Counted from the stretch's first letter, positions 28,713-39,963 are shown. The stretch: DNA of 61,957 bases from an uncultured Desulfobacterales bacterium (GCA_964407825.1 CAYOXD010000003.1:8308-70264); one strand, 5' to 3'. Numbers and translations: made by a program. The notes: generated by a model not told the origin, from the sequence alone.

Positions 28713-29675
28713 TTATCTTGACTGAAACAGGTCCGGACAGGACAGGATCCGTTCGATGGTGTCCCTGTGGCGTTCAAGCCCGCCCGGGTCGGAAAAGGTG
28801 AGGGTGAGCGAGTAAGTGTTCCCCTCGAAATCCGGAGGGGGCGCAAGCCGAGCATTGGGACCCAGCCGGAGAGATTTGAGGATCGATTCGAAGGCCTCGG
28901 TCGCTGCCGAAAGGGTGGGGAACCGCCTTTGCTTCAAGTAACGACGAAAGGCAGCCGTCTTCCGGACCCGGTCCAGATTCGGATCTTCCAGCAGGGTTCG
29001 CACGGATGCTTCCGTCAACACCGCTGTGAGCGGCAAATCGTCCCTGAGGGCGATTTCCCTGGCCAGGGTAATCACCTCTCGCTGTTTGTTCAGTCCCATC
29101 CGCAACCTCAGAAAGGTATCGGCAAACCAGTTGGCTGTGTCCTCGCCCAAATCGGCCAGCATCATGGCCGTCTGCAAGGGGATGATCCCGGAGAGGATAC
29201 CGTCCTGGACCGCCTGAGGCAAACGGCAAAGGGGCATTAGCTTTCCGATCAACCGGGGGGAGGAATCCGGGAGCCCGAGGCTTCCCGCCACCTGCGCCAG
29301 CCGGTCGGGACCGTGGCAGCCGGATGCGGCCAAAAGGCACAGGGCGCGGGAGCTCTCTATGGGATTCAATGCCCTCTGGGAGGTGTTCTCCGTGATAGCT
29401 ACCTGGGAGCAATCGAGGCGGCTCGTACTGGAAGACACAATCCGGGCAGGCACCGCGACCCATTTGAGATGGTCGGCCGCCGCCACCCGCCGAAACCCGC
29501 TGACGATTTCATAGGTGTCGTGTTCCGCCGCAGACAACAGGATGGGGGGATTGATCAGGCCCACCCGGTCGAGGGAGGCGGCAAGCCCGGGGATGTCCTC
29601 TAGGGTCGTAATGCGGTAGGTCTGTCCCTCCCGGTCAATCTGTGAGAGGCGGACCCGTTGGGGCTCATAGCGCAT
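28713..29675 (-). CDS. ParB N-terminal (ParB/Srx) domain protein
   Basis: LAASL..VGLINPP and [10 protein letters not shown] (GxxR CTP-binding-type motif), followed by a helical domain. Confidence 0.8.
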   Translation of the reverse strand: MRYEPQRVRLSQIDREGQTYRITTLEDIPGLAASLDRVGLINPPILLSAAEHDTYEIVSGFRRVAAADHLKWVAVPARIVSSSTSRLDCSQVAITENTSQRALNPIESSRALCLLAASGCHGPDRLAQVAGSLGLPDSSPRLIGKLMPLCRLPQAVQDGILSGIIPLQTAMMLADLGEDTANWFADTFLRLRMGLNKQREVITLAREIALRDDLPLTAVLTEASVRTLLEDPNLDRVRKTAAFRRYLKQRRFPTLSAATEAFESILKSLRLGPNARLAPPPDFEGNTYSLTLTFSDPGGLERHRDTIERILSCPDLFQSR

Positions 29676-30564
29676 CGTCCCTGCCAGTGAGGGCTTTCAA
29701 TGCCTCGATATACCGGGCGCGGGTGTTTTCAATCACCTCTTGGGGCAGGGTTGGGCCGGGAGGGGTATGGTCCCAATCGAGGGACAGGAGATAATCACGA
29801 AGGTACTGTTTGTCATAGCTCTTCTGGGAACCGCCGGGCTGGTAGGTGGATTTCGGCCAGAAGCGTGAAGAGTCGGGGGTCAGGACCTCGTCAATGAGGA
29901 TCAGTTCATCGCCCGCCATGCCAAATTCAAATTTTGTGTCTGCGATGATGATCCCCTTGGTTTCGGCCAGCTCCGCCCCCCTTTGGTATATCGCCAGGCT
30001 CAGATCCCGGGCTTTTTCCGCCACCGGCTTACCGACGATACGGGCGGCTTCCTCGAAATCGATATTGAGGTCATGCTCCCCTAGCTCCGCCTTGGTGGAG
30101 GGGGTGAACAGAGGTTCAGGCAATTTTTCAGATTCCTTCAGGCCCTGGGGCAGCGGGATACCGCAGACTGTTCCCGACTCCCGGTAGGACTTCCACCCAG
30201 AGCCCGAGATATAGCCCCTGACGACACATTCGATGGCCAGGGGGACGGCTTTTTTCACCAGCATGCTCCTGGAGGCCAACCTGTCGGCATGGGCGCTGCA
30301 GGAGTCTGGATAATCGGCCACGTTCCCACTTATCACGTGATTGTCCACCAGGGATTTCATGATATCGAACCAGAAAAGCGAAATCTGGGTCAATATTTTG
30401 CCCTTGTCTGGGATGGGATCCGGCATGATGACATCGAAGGCCGATATCCGATCCGAAGCCACCATCAGGAGGCTGTCCCCCATGTCGTAAATGTCCCTGA
30501 CTTTTCCTCTTCTAAGGAGTTTCAATCCCGGAATATCCGTTTCCATCACCGCCTGTGTGCGCAT
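29665..30564 (-). CDS. purC: SAICAR synthase
   Basis: [31 protein letters not shown] and [12 protein letters not shown]. Confidence 0.97.
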   Translation of the reverse strand: MRTQAVMETDIPGLKLLRRGKVRDIYDMGDSLLMVASDRISAFDVIMPDPIPDKGKILTQISLFWFDIMKSLVDNHVISGNVADYPDSCSAHADRLASRSMLVKKAVPLAIECVVRGYISGSGWKSYRESGTVCGIPLPQGLKESEKLPEPLFTPSTKAELGEHDLNIDFEEAARIVGKPVAEKARDLSLAIYQRGAELAETKGIIIADTKFEFGMAGDELILIDEVLTPDSSRFWPKSTYQPGGSQKSYDKQYLRDYLLSLDWDHTPPGPTLPQEVIENTRARYIEALKALTGRDDAL

Positions 30565-30589
30565 TCGCCTTCCCCTTCTCCTCGTGCCC

Positions 30590-30940
30590 CTATGGAATTT
30601 CCATATCCGTATCGAAACGGGTCTTAAAAAACTGCCGCAAGGCATCAAGCACCGTCTCCGGCATCTCGAAAAAGGTCAGCCCTGTGCCGTAGCGGCCATT
30701 TTCGAACTGCCGCTGATGGCTCACTTTGGACTTGATGTCAATGGTTTCATTATCCAGCCCGATGGTCAGGACCACGATGTAACCGGGGTCAATGGGAAAA
30801 CTCGTTTCCAAAAGGATCCCCTTCTCAGAAATATTCAATGTGCGTCCCATCCCCTGGTGAATGGACCGCCCCTTCTCGTCCAGCAGGACATAGGACAAAT
30901 TCAGCGAATCGATACGATCGGCTTCCCTTTTTTCAGACAT
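30590..30940 (-). CDS. PilZ domain protein
   Basis: RxxxR (READR) and NxSxxG (NISEKG) c-di-GMP motifs. Confidence 0.85.
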   Translation of the reverse strand: MSEKREADRIDSLNLSYVLLDEKGRSIHQGMGRTLNISEKGILLETSFPIDPGYIVVLTIGLDNETIDIKSKVSHQRQFENGRYGTGLTFFEMPETVLDALRQFFKTRFDTDMEIP

Positions 30941-30955
30941 CTCTCTACCGTCGCG

Positions 30956-32143
30956 CTAGGCGCGCCTCCTTCCTTCCTTCGCCTTCACAAAAGCATCCTC
31001 AATCAATTGCGTGGTAATTGAAATGCACGCAGATGTATGTTCGATAAGATTTCGCATGGTGGTAGACTGGCGATCATATTCGGTACTCAAAAGCTTTTCG
31101 TCCACCTCCCCCACTTCAATGTCCGGCGATGCGAAAACGCTTGCGCCGTGGGGCTCATGGCCGAATTCGAGGAAGGGGAAAACACCGAAAAAATCCCCCT
31201 TGGAAAGCTCGGCAAGACGAATTTGACCGTAATCCGTGTGGCGCACAATGGCAACCTGTCCATTTTTAATGGTAAACAGCCCCTCCTTCCCCTCAGCATC
31301 CGGAATGAAGGGCTCCAGTCCCTGGGATGGCTGCAGGTTCTGCAACTGTTTAGCTCTTACGCTCAGCAGTCCATCGGTCAGGTCCTTGAGGCGTTTATCG
31401 ACACTGATCAGGAGCCGTCTGAAAACCGGCGTCAGGGAGGCAAATTCACCGGCAAGCCGGGGCGCATCGATGACGCCCAGTTGGGTATTGTCTCCCCGGG
31501 CCACAGCGGCAGCGCTTCGCACATGATCCCCTGGCAGAAACGAGGCGAAACTGCCCACGAAGGATCCCTCGGCAAGCCTCAGAATCACTTCAGGCCCCCG
31601 CTCGGTGGTCTTTACGATATCCACCAGGCCGTCGAGCACCACCCAAATCCAGCTGCCGTGCTTGCCCTCCTGGGTCACCACCTCCCCATCCACAAAGGAT
31701 TCCTCATCCACTACATAGATGTAGTCGACCATCGGCCCCTTGAGCTGTGTCATTTTACGCGCCCTGGCGGCAGCGGCTCCGGTACTGCTTAGGGCTGGAG
31801 CCGGTCCTACCATTTTGACTTTTCCGTCATCAACCATTCGCAACCCGTCGAGAATGATTTCCATTCGGTTTTTGTGAATGGCCTTGCTCTTTCGAGCAGG
31901 CCCCACGCTGTAAGAAAAATCGCCGGTCTGCCAGCCGAAAAGTGAGTAGAGGGCGGTCAGCCCGCTGTCAGGCCCGTTTTCTGCATCCACGGGGTTACCA
32001 TTCAGAAAATAGATAAACGCGGGAATCGGCTCGTAGCTGCTCTGGAGTTGCAGTACGCCAGTGGATCCATTGTTTCCAATCAGCTGAATGAGCTCAGCTA
32101 GATTCAAGAACTCCAGTTTTCCCGAAAAAACGATATCATTCAT
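30956..32143 (-). CDS. DUF4388 + two cyclic-nucleotide-binding-like domains
   Basis: N-terminal SGKL.FLNL.ELIQL...TG.L...IYF.NG.PVDA. Two cNMP folds (F.DGEVV.QEG...V.DG.V; G.F.G). Confidence 0.78.
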   Translation of the reverse strand: MNDIVFSGKLEFLNLAELIQLIGNNGSTGVLQLQSSYEPIPAFIYFLNGNPVDAENGPDSGLTALYSLFGWQTGDFSYSVGPARKSKAIHKNRMEIILDGLRMVDDGKVKMVGPAPALSSTGAAAARARKMTQLKGPMVDYIYVVDEESFVDGEVVTQEGKHGSWIWVVLDGLVDIVKTTERGPEVILRLAEGSFVGSFASFLPGDHVRSAAAVARGDNTQLGVIDAPRLAGEFASLTPVFRRLLISVDKRLKDLTDGLLSVRAKQLQNLQPSQGLEPFIPDAEGKEGLFTIKNGQVAIVRHTDYGQIRLAELSKGDFFGVFPFLEFGHEPHGASVFASPDIEVGEVDEKLLSTEYDRQSTTMRNLIEHTSACISITTQLIEDAFVKAKEGRRRA

Positions 32144-32152
32144 GAAAACAAT

Positions 32153-32767
32153 TTATTGAGCCCATTTGAGCTCACGCTGGAGGTGCTTCAAGGTCAGTTT
32201 CAACCCCTCCAGCAGTGTTTTGCCCACCCCCTCACCGGTGACGGCGCTGGCCGCAAAGGAAGGCACCTTAAGCTGATGATTCAGTTCGCGCTCCATCTGG
32301 TCCAGGGGCATAAGGGGGATTCCCTGCTCACCGAGATCCCGCTTGTTGTACTGAAGCACCAGAGGCACCCTGAAAATACTCAGCCCGTATTCCTTCAGGT
32401 TCTGGTGTAAATCCTTTAGGGACTTCATGTTGCTCTCCCGCCTGACATTCAGGGAGTCAGCCACGAAAATGATCCCATCCACCCCCTTCAGCACCAGCTT
32501 ACGGGTCGATTTGTATTTGACCTGGCCCGGAACCGTGTACAGTTGCACCCGCACCTCGCATCCACGGATCTTGCCAAGGCCCATGGGCAGGAAATCGAAA
32601 AACAGGGTCCGGTCCCCCTCGGTATTGATGGACACCATCTCACCGGAGACCTGTTTCCTGTATGATTTGAAAATCTGCTCAAGGTTCGTGGTTTTCCCAC
32701 ATCTGCCAGGTCCGTAATAGACGATCTTGCATTCGATTTCTCTGTTCTTTAAATTAAATATAGCCAT
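32153..32767 (-). CDS. mglA: MglA-family small GTPase
   Basis: REI.CKIVYYGPG.CGKTTNL, DRTLFFDFLP, YTVPGQV, GVDG..FVADS and QYNKRD, matching Myxococcus MglA motifs. Confidence 0.92.
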   Translation of the reverse strand: MAIFNLKNREIECKIVYYGPGRCGKTTNLEQIFKSYRKQVSGEMVSINTEGDRTLFFDFLPMGLGKIRGCEVRVQLYTVPGQVKYKSTRKLVLKGVDGIIFVADSLNVRRESNMKSLKDLHQNLKEYGLSIFRVPLVLQYNKRDLGEQGIPLMPLDQMERELNHQLKVPSFAASAVTGEGVGKTLLEGLKLTLKHLQRELKWAQ

Positions 32768-32946
32768 AACGCCGGGCGCCCCTCATTTTCTTTCGGCTCA
32801 ATTCACTGCTTGCTCTTGCGAAAGGCGGCGAAGCACAGGTAAACCCCTTTTCGTACCTCGACGCGACGTCCTCCATCCCTTCGATATCAACCCTTGAGTC
32901 ATCGATCAATAGGTTCATGACTACTCGAACAAACTTGACGTGGGTC

Positions 32947-33867
32947 TCAACCATCCTCTATTTTGATGTCCAGGTGATAGTTGCCCTCCTTGGGGCCCGA
33001 ATCGATCAGCGCCTTGGCGGAAATCACCCCCTCTCCACGGAAGATGGCCACTGATGAATTGAACTGTAGATTCCTCAGGCGAAACCCCACATTCAGATTG
33101 TCCAAAAGCGTTTTTTCCTCGCTTTCGATGATGAGGCTGACCATGTTGCCTGCCTGGAACTTCACATCCAGTTCAACGGCCTTTCCCTTGAGAGGTCCCT
33201 TGTCCAGGGTAATCACAACGGAACCGACATCCAGATCCACGGGTTGCTTTTGGATAGCGGCCACCACGATGCGATGCTTGCCAGAATCGCATGCGGCCTC
33301 AGGCAGGTCCAACTGCACCCCATCCCTCTCCAGGCGCTCCTCCAGGAAATTCCGGACGCGATCAAGTTCACCCGGAGCAAAATTTGTATTGGTCAACCAC
33401 CCCTGATAGGTATCCACAGCCTTCTCGGGCGTCTCCAGAAGCAAATAACACTGGAGAATGTTCTTGGCGGCTGAAACCCTGACTGCATCCTTTTCCAGAA
33501 GACCGTTGAGTTCAAAAATGGCCCGCTCGATCTGTCCGAAATTGGCCAGGGTCACGGCGCCTTCCAATTCCTTGAGATCCGGATCGTCCTCCGCGGAATG
33601 GCTGAACAGGTTCTTGATCAAGGTTTGAACCTGAGGGGCTATCTCAGTGGTGGCTGGGGCAGCCTCTACCTTGTTGACAGTCACTTCCAGTTCGTCGATT
33701 TTCTGCGCCATGCTGGCCAGGAGATCCTCGCGGTTCTCCATGCCAGGCTGTTCCAGGACCATTCGCAAAGCCTCATCGTAGGCCGATCTGGCTTCTTCAT
33801 ATAGCCCCTGGGACTGATAAAGTTCCGCCACCTTAAGTTGTTGTTCAATCCCCTGTTTGATATCCAT
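32947..33867 (-). CDS. TPR-like N-terminus + beta-rich C-terminal domain, hypothetical
   Basis: AELYQSQGLYEEA TPR-like helices; C-terminal beta strands. Confidence 0.65.
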   Translation of the reverse strand: MDIKQGIEQQLKVAELYQSQGLYEEARSAYDEALRMVLEQPGMENREDLLASMAQKIDELEVTVNKVEAAPATTEIAPQVQTLIKNLFSHSAEDDPDLKELEGAVTLANFGQIERAIFELNGLLEKDAVRVSAAKNILQCYLLLETPEKAVDTYQGWLTNTNFAPGELDRVRNFLEERLERDGVQLDLPEAACDSGKHRIVVAAIQKQPVDLDVGSVVITLDKGPLKGKAVELDVKFQAGNMVSLIIESEEKTLLDNLNVGFRLRNLQFNSSVAIFRGEGVISAKALIDSGPKEGNYHLDIKIEDG

Positions 33868-34110
33868 TGGTGCCTATCCCCCGCAGCTGCCCTGGGCTGA
33901 GACCGCTTTGCGAACGTTATCCACTGCCGTTTTCGAGACGAAGCTTGTGAAGCGTATTATCGGACGTCGTAGTGTTATCCTACAGCTCCTTGGCTTCAGC
34001 CTTATTAAAAATATCCTCCCGACTATATTTCTGCCTGCAGGCCGAAAGTCAAGAAGATACGACGCTTATAGCACCGAATCGTGCTCCCGTAAAGGCTACT
34101 GCCCCATTTC

Positions 34111-35934
34111 TCAGGAAATATCAACCAATGCCCTTTTCAGTGCCTCGGCTGCCGGCCGCGTCATGCCGCTGACGGACAAGAGCTCCGCCATGGATGCAGC
34201 TCGAATCCCTTCCAAACCGCCGAACCGCTTCAATAGAGCCCGCTTCCGTCTCTCTCCAATGCCTGGGATCGAATCCAGCACCGACCCGATAGCGGCGGCG
34301 CGCCGCTGTCGGCGGTGAAAGCCAATGGCAAACCGGTGGGCTTCATCCCTGATGCGTTGGAGAAAGAGCAACAGGTCCTCCGCGTCACCGAAATTCACCG
34401 GATTGGCCCGATCCCGCAGAAAAATCTTGTCCCGGGTTTCCCCCCGGCGCTCATCCTTCTTTGCAATGGCGACAAGCGCGAATTGCCCTTCCAGGCCAAG
34501 GGAGGCGAGCACCTTACGGGCGATCTGCAACTGCCCTCTGCCCCCATCCACCATGACCAAGTCCGGTATGGGCATCTCCCGGTTTCCGGGTTTAAAACGC
34601 CGTCCCATGACCTCCGCCATGAGGGCATAATCATCGGGCCCCGAGTCCAGACGCATCTTGTAGGTCCGGTAATCAGATTTCTTGGGTTTCCCCTCCTCGA
34701 AGACCACCATTCCGGAAACCGGGTTTGCACCTTGAATGTGGGAGTTATCAAAGCATTCAATTCGCATCGGAAGGCTGTCCAGTTTCAGGCGCCGCTGGAG
34801 CCGCTCCAGCAGGCGCCGCTCGGCATTCCCTGCAGCCACCAGTTCCTTTAAATGATTTTCCGCATTCTGCTCTGCCAGTGCGACCAGCCGGGTCTTCTCC
34901 CCCCTTCTGGGAAACAGGATCCGGAGGCGCCCGCCCTTCGACTCCTTCAACCACTGCGCCAGGAGCGGCGCATCTGCCACGGCTGTCGGCAGGAGCAGCT
35001 CCTCGGGCAGAGACGGCTCCTTCTCGTAATACTGCCGGATAAATGCCGTTGCCATCTCATCGTCCGGTGCAATGCAGTTCTTGAAGTCAAAATGCCGTTG
35101 GCCCATCAGATAGCCGCCCCGGATGATGAGCAGCGTCAGTGTGCAGCGCTCCCCGCTCCGGGCAATGCCGAGGACGTCCCGGTCTTTGAGATCGGGAGAT
35201 ACCACCACCTGTTTTTCGGCAATATGCCGCAGGGAGCGAACCTTGTCCCTCAGGACCGCAGCCCTCTCGAATTCCTGTTCGGCAGCCGCCGCCACCATAT
35301 CAGCCTCGATTTTCCGGATAAGATCCGTCGTCCGTCCGCTGAGAAACAGAACCACCTCCCGGACCATCTCCTCATAGACCTCCGGGGAGACCTGTACACA
35401 GCAAGGGCCTAGGCACTGGCCCATCTGACAGTGAAGGCATGGCCTGGAGCGATGTTGAAATTTACCTTTTCGGCACTTTCGAAGCTGAAAGGTCTTGTTG
35501 ATCAGCTGCAATGTCTGGCGCACGGCCTTTGCCGATGGGTAGGGTCCGAAGTAAAGGGCACCGTCCCGGACGATCCGTCGCACGATGGTCAGATTCGGAT
35601 AGGGACTCGTGGTGTCCAGCCGCAGCACCGGGTAACGCTTGTCATCCCGGAGGATAACGTTGTACCGGGGTTGATGCTGTTTAATGAGGGTCGACTCGAG
35701 AATCAGCGCCTCCTGCTCCGTGGCCGTAACGATGGTTTCGAAGTCCCGGATGTGTTCGAGGAGAACCGCAGTCTTGAGATCCTCATGGTGCCGTTTGATG
35801 AAATAGGAGGACAAACGGCTTCTCAGATTCAGGGCTTTTCCCACATAGAGAATCCGGTCCGCGGCATCCTTCATCAGATAGACACCGGGCCCCCGCGACA
35901 CCCGGGAAAGCTTTTCCTTCAGCGGTTCGAGCAT
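34111..35934 (-). CDS. uvrC: Excinuclease ABC subunit C
   Basis: GIY-YIG (PGVYLM, YVGKA), PRYN, RIECFDNSH, MVDGGRGQ, RDEAHRFA and HhH. Confidence 0.97.
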   Translation of the reverse strand: MLEPLKEKLSRVSRGPGVYLMKDAADRILYVGKALNLRSRLSSYFIKRHHEDLKTAVLLEHIRDFETIVTATEQEALILESTLIKQHQPRYNVILRDDKRYPVLRLDTTSPYPNLTIVRRIVRDGALYFGPYPSAKAVRQTLQLINKTFQLRKCRKGKFQHRSRPCLHCQMGQCLGPCCVQVSPEVYEEMVREVVLFLSGRTTDLIRKIEADMVAAAAEQEFERAAVLRDKVRSLRHIAEKQVVVSPDLKDRDVLGIARSGERCTLTLLIIRGGYLMGQRHFDFKNCIAPDDEMATAFIRQYYEKEPSLPEELLLPTAVADAPLLAQWLKESKGGRLRILFPRRGEKTRLVALAEQNAENHLKELVAAGNAERRLLERLQRRLKLDSLPMRIECFDNSHIQGANPVSGMVVFEEGKPKKSDYRTYKMRLDSGPDDYALMAEVMGRRFKPGNREMPIPDLVMVDGGRGQLQIARKVLASLGLEGQFALVAIAKKDERRGETRDKIFLRDRANPVNFGDAEDLLLFLQRIRDEAHRFAIGFHRRQRRAAAIGSVLDSIPGIGERRKRALLKRFGGLEGIRAASMAELLSVSGMTRPAAEALKRALVDIS

Positions 35935-35947
35935 GGATTGCCAGTCC

Positions 35948-37942
35948 TCAGAGTTCGAAAACCATCTGCTTTCTCAGCTCATTGATGCGGTCCCGGAGCG
36001 CGGCGGCAAGCTCGAAATCTAGCTCCCCCGCCGCCGCATGCATCTTCTTTTCCAGGGTCTCGATATCCGCCTCGATGCTGTCTTTTGACGCGTATCCCGC
36101 TGGGGTCTCCGAAATACCGGTGTGCTTCGGCGCCTGGTTCCCATAGAAGACATCCAGGGCCGTGTTGAGAGATTTGGCGATGGTGGCAGGTGTGATCCCA
36201 TGGGCCAGGTTGTAATCGGCCTGGATCTGACGTCTGCGGTCAGTTTCCGATAGGGCCTGTGCCATGGCGCCTGTGGTGCGATCCGCGTACAGGATCACGC
36301 GTCCCTCGGCGTTCCTTGCGGCCCGACCGAAGGTCTGCACCAGGGACCTGGCTGACCTGAGAAACCCCTCCTTGTCCGCATCCAGAATGGCCACCAGAGA
36401 TACCTCGGGAATATCCAGCCCCTCCCGAAGCAGGTTGATCCCCACCAGCACATCGAATACGCCTTTGCGCAAATCCCGGATGATCTCCATGCGCTCCAGG
36501 GTACCTATATCCGCATGCAGGTAGCGCACCCGCACCCCAAGGTCCGTATAGTAATCCGTAAGATCCTCGGCCAGGCGTTTGGTCAGGGTCGTCACCAGCA
36601 CCCGCGTTCCCCTCTGGATGCATCCGAGGATCTCGCCATAGAGGTCGTCCACCTGGCTCGTAGCCTTGCGGATCATGACAACCGGATCCAGCAGGCCCGT
36701 GGGACGAACGATCTGCTCCACCGGTTTTGATCGGCTCTGGCGCAGTTCGAACTCGCCGGGGGTGGCCGACACATAGATGCACCGGGCTACCCGCTCCTGG
36801 AATTCCTCGAACATCAGGGGGCGGTTGTCCAGTGCCGAGGGCAGCCTGAAACCATACTCCACAAGTGTGCTCTTGCGGGACCGATCCCCCCGGTACATGG
36901 CCCCCAGCTGGGGGACTGTAATGTGGCTCTCGTCGATGAAAACGATGAAATCGTCAGGGAAATAATCCAGCAGCGTGGGAGGAGGCTCACCCGGGGCCCG
37001 GCCCGTGAGGTGACGGGAGTAATTTTCAATGCCGTTGCAGTATCCGAGCTCCAGCATCATTTCCAGATCGAAATGGGTACGCTCCTCGATTCGCTGGGCC
37101 TCGACCCACTTGCCCAGATCCCTGAAGTGGTCCACCCGATATTTCAACTCCTCCTTGATGGTTTCGATGGCCCGAAGCAGGGTGGACTTGGCCGTGACAT
37201 AGTGGCTTGCAGGAAATATAACGGCCTGGGCCATCCGGCCGAGGACGGTCCCCCGGAGCGGATCGATCTCGGCGATGCCGTCAATCTGATCCCCGAAAAA
37301 ATCGATCCTGAGGGCCCGGTCCGTCTCGTAGGCCGGGTAGATCTCCACCCGATCTCCCCGGACCCGGAAGGTCCCCCGGTGAAAATCCACATCGTTCCGC
37401 TCGTACTGCATGTCCACCAGACCCCTCAGGAGGCGCTGACGGGACAATTCTCTATCGGTTTCAAGGCTGATGCGCATGCCCAGGTAATCCTCCGGGGCAC
37501 CCAGGCCATAGATGCACGAGACGCTTGCCACCACGATGACATCCCGCCGGGACAGAACGGACCGGGTGGCGCTGTGCCGGAGTTTGTCGATCAGTTCATT
37601 GATGGAGGAATCCTTCTGAATATAGGTGTCGGAGGCGGGGATATAGGCTTCGGGCTGGTAGTAGTCGTAGTAGCTGACGAAGTATTCCACCGCGTTGTCC
37701 GGAAACAGCTCTCTGAATTCGTTGTAGAGCTGTGCCGCCAGGGTCTTGTTGGGGGCGATCACCAGGGCGGGCTTTTCCACCCTGGCGATGGTGTGTGCCA
37801 TGGTAAAGGTCTTTCCCGAACCGGTCACCCCCAGCAGTACCTGGCGCCCCCTCCCTGCGCCCAGGCCGTCGCTGAGCGCATCGATGGCCTGGGGCTGATC
37901 CCCCGTCGGTGTAAAAGGAGCGGAGAGACTAAAAAGGGGCAT
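35948..37942 (-). CDS. uvrB: Excinuclease ABC subunit B
   Basis: [34 protein letters not shown] and [13 protein letters not shown]. Confidence 0.98.
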   Translation of the reverse strand: MPLFSLSAPFTPTGDQPQAIDALSDGLGAGRGRQVLLGVTGSGKTFTMAHTIARVEKPALVIAPNKTLAAQLYNEFRELFPDNAVEYFVSYYDYYQPEAYIPASDTYIQKDSSINELIDKLRHSATRSVLSRRDVIVVASVSCIYGLGAPEDYLGMRISLETDRELSRQRLLRGLVDMQYERNDVDFHRGTFRVRGDRVEIYPAYETDRALRIDFFGDQIDGIAEIDPLRGTVLGRMAQAVIFPASHYVTAKSTLLRAIETIKEELKYRVDHFRDLGKWVEAQRIEERTHFDLEMMLELGYCNGIENYSRHLTGRAPGEPPPTLLDYFPDDFIVFIDESHITVPQLGAMYRGDRSRKSTLVEYGFRLPSALDNRPLMFEEFQERVARCIYVSATPGEFELRQSRSKPVEQIVRPTGLLDPVVMIRKATSQVDDLYGEILGCIQRGTRVLVTTLTKRLAEDLTDYYTDLGVRVRYLHADIGTLERMEIIRDLRKGVFDVLVGINLLREGLDIPEVSLVAILDADKEGFLRSARSLVQTFGRAARNAEGRVILYADRTTGAMAQALSETDRRRQIQADYNLAHGITPATIAKSLNTALDVFYGNQAPKHTGISETPAGYASKDSIEADIETLEKKMHAAAGELDFELAAALRDRINELRKQMVFEL

Positions 37943-37946
37943 ACGC

Positions 37947-39383
37947 CTATTCGACACTCCATGTGGTGCCGTCGGGCCCATCCTTGATGGTGATGTTCAT
38001 GGCGGATAGACGATCCCGGATCCGGTCCGCAGTTGCCCAGTCCTTGGCCTGCCTGGCCGCCTGACGATCCTGTAGCAGCCTTTCGATTTGCTCCGGGTCG
38101 ACACCTGCCTTGGAAAGCGCTGCCGTCTGCTTATTTCGGAAATAGTCCACTGGGGATTGCCCCAGAAGGCCCAGGATTTCCCCCATGCGCCCGATCCCGG
38201 CCACGGTGATGAGAATCTCCCGTGCTGTCAAATCCCTGTCCCCCTCTGCTTCATCAAGGCTGCGATTGATGGCGCGCACCGCCTCGAACAGGATGCCGAT
38301 GCCGAGGGCGGAGTTGAAGTCGTCATCCATGGCATCGCAGAAACGCTTCCAGTATGGATCCCCATCAGGGGTCACGCCTTCATCCCCACCGGGCAAGGCC
38401 GTCTGCACCCGTTCCAGCAGGGCGTAGATTTTATCCAGCGCGCTTGCCGCCTCCTCCATGGCCTTGTGACTGAAGTCAACGGGGCTTCGGTAGTGGTTGG
38501 ACAGGAGAAAGAGGCGAATCGCCTCGGGATGAAAGGATTTGAGAACGTCCCGGATTAAAAGGAAGTTGCCCAAGGATTTGGACATTTTTTCCTGATTGAT
38601 ATTTACAAACCCGTTGTGGATCCAATAGGCGGCAAAGGATTTGCCGGTGGCCGCCTCGGACTGGGCAATCTCGTTTTCGTGATGGGGAAAAATCAGATCC
38701 TTTCCGCCGCCATGAATGTCAAAGCTCGGGCCGAGGTAAGAGAAACTCATGGCGGAGCACTCGATGTGCCAGCCGGGACGCCCCCTTCCCCAGGGACTCT
38801 CCCAGGTGGGTTCGCCGGGTTTTGCCGCCTTCCAAAGGGCGAAGTCGAAGGGGTTTCGTTTGCGCCCGTCCACATCGATCCGTGCGCCGGCCTCCATGTC
38901 CTCTAGTTTGCGGCCGGAAAGCTTCCCGTAACCGTCAAAGGCTTCAACGGAAAAAAAAACATCCCCATCTATTTCGTAGGCAATGTCCTTGGCCATCAGG
39001 GATTCAATCATACTGACGATAGCGCCGATGTGTTCGGTGGCCTTGGGTTCAAGGGTGGCTGGCCGCACCCCCAGGGAGGCCATGTCCTCATGGAATTCGG
39101 CGATGTACTTCTCGGCAACGGCTTTCCAGTCGGCTCCCAACTGCTGGGCTCTTTGAATGATCTTGTCATCCACGTCGGTGAAGTTGCGAACATAAGTCAC
39201 CTCATACCCGCTGGCCTCGAAATACCGGGCGATGACGTCGAACACCACTGCGGATCTGGCGTGGCCGATATGGCAGCTGTCATACACCGTCGGGCCGCAG
39301 ACATACAACGATACCTTTCCGGCCCGAACCGGCTCAAACGATTCCTTCTTCCTGCTCAGTGTATTGTAAATGCGAATACCCAT
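37947..39383 (-). CDS. cysS: Cysteine--tRNA ligase
   Basis: [36 protein letters not shown] and KMSKS. Confidence 0.98.
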   Translation of the reverse strand: MGIRIYNTLSRKKESFEPVRAGKVSLYVCGPTVYDSCHIGHARSAVVFDVIARYFEASGYEVTYVRNFTDVDDKIIQRAQQLGADWKAVAEKYIAEFHEDMASLGVRPATLEPKATEHIGAIVSMIESLMAKDIAYEIDGDVFFSVEAFDGYGKLSGRKLEDMEAGARIDVDGRKRNPFDFALWKAAKPGEPTWESPWGRGRPGWHIECSAMSFSYLGPSFDIHGGGKDLIFPHHENEIAQSEAATGKSFAAYWIHNGFVNINQEKMSKSLGNFLLIRDVLKSFHPEAIRLFLLSNHYRSPVDFSHKAMEEAASALDKIYALLERVQTALPGGDEGVTPDGDPYWKRFCDAMDDDFNSALGIGILFEAVRAINRSLDEAEGDRDLTAREILITVAGIGRMGEILGLLGQSPVDYFRNKQTAALSKAGVDPEQIERLLQDRQAARQAKDWATADRIRDRLSAMNITIKDGPDGTTWSVE

Positions 39384-39471
39384 GCTTGCTTCCTCACCAT
39401 CTTTACCATCTTTGTAGAATATAGGCTCTTCGGTATCACAATCAAGGGCGAGGACTCCGTGGTGCCAGCCC

Positions 39472-39963
39472 TCACGGTTTGACCTTAGGGTTACCAGAGG
39501 CGATAAGGACGGTGCACAGGGCGGCAATGCCCTCGCCCCTGCCCATGGGACCAAGCCCTTCGGTGGTGGTCGCCTTGATGTTGACCTGATCCACCGCTAT
39601 CCCTATACATGCGGCGATCCGCCCTCGCATCCTGGCCCGGTAAGGGGTGAGTCTGGGTGCCTGAGCCAAAATGGTGGCATCAATATTCTGAATTGCATAA
39701 CCCAAGGCCGAAAGCTTATCCTTCGTGCGTCCCAGCAGCACCATGCTGTCGATGCCGGCGTATGCCGGATCCGTATCCGGAAAATGGACACCGATGTCGT
39801 CCAGTCCGGCTGCACCCAGCAGGGCGTCACACAGGGCATGGAGCAGCACATCCGCGTCGGAATGCCCCATCAGTCCCATCTCGAAGGGGATTTCAACCCC
39901 TCCCAGAACCAGTTTTCGTCCCGGCACCAACCGGTGAACATCATAGCCCGTTCCGATACGCAT
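39472..39963 (-). CDS. ispF: 2-C-methyl-D-erythritol 2,4-cyclodiphosphate synthase
   Basis: RIGTGYDVH, GHSDADV.LHA, DIGVHFPD and KATTTEGLG. Confidence 0.97.
   Translation of the reverse strand: MRIGTGYDVHRLVPGRKLVLGGVEIPFEMGLMGHSDADVLLHALCDALLGAAGLDDIGVHFPDTDPAYAGIDSMVLLGRTKDKLSALGYAIQNIDATILAQAPRLTPYRARMRGRIAACIGIAVDQVNIKATTTEGLGPMGRGEGIAALCTVLIASGNPKVKP

Noticed and set aside
32833-32864. GCACAGGTAAACC...GACGC resembling a c-di-GMP-I riboswitch near mglA
   Set aside because: The P2 stem and GAAA loop cannot form, and it is on the strand opposite to mglA.
32754-32954. 66-aa ORF between the TPR gene and mglA as a possible mglB
   Set aside because: Too short, no roadblock pattern and no well-spaced RBS; probably spurious.
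33917-33925. TTATCCACT DnaA-box-like sequence
   Set aside because: Single, mismatched, with no cluster or origin-associated genes.
39472-39963. ispF without adjacent ispD
   Set aside because: Split ispD/ispF arrangements are common; nothing suggests a lesion.
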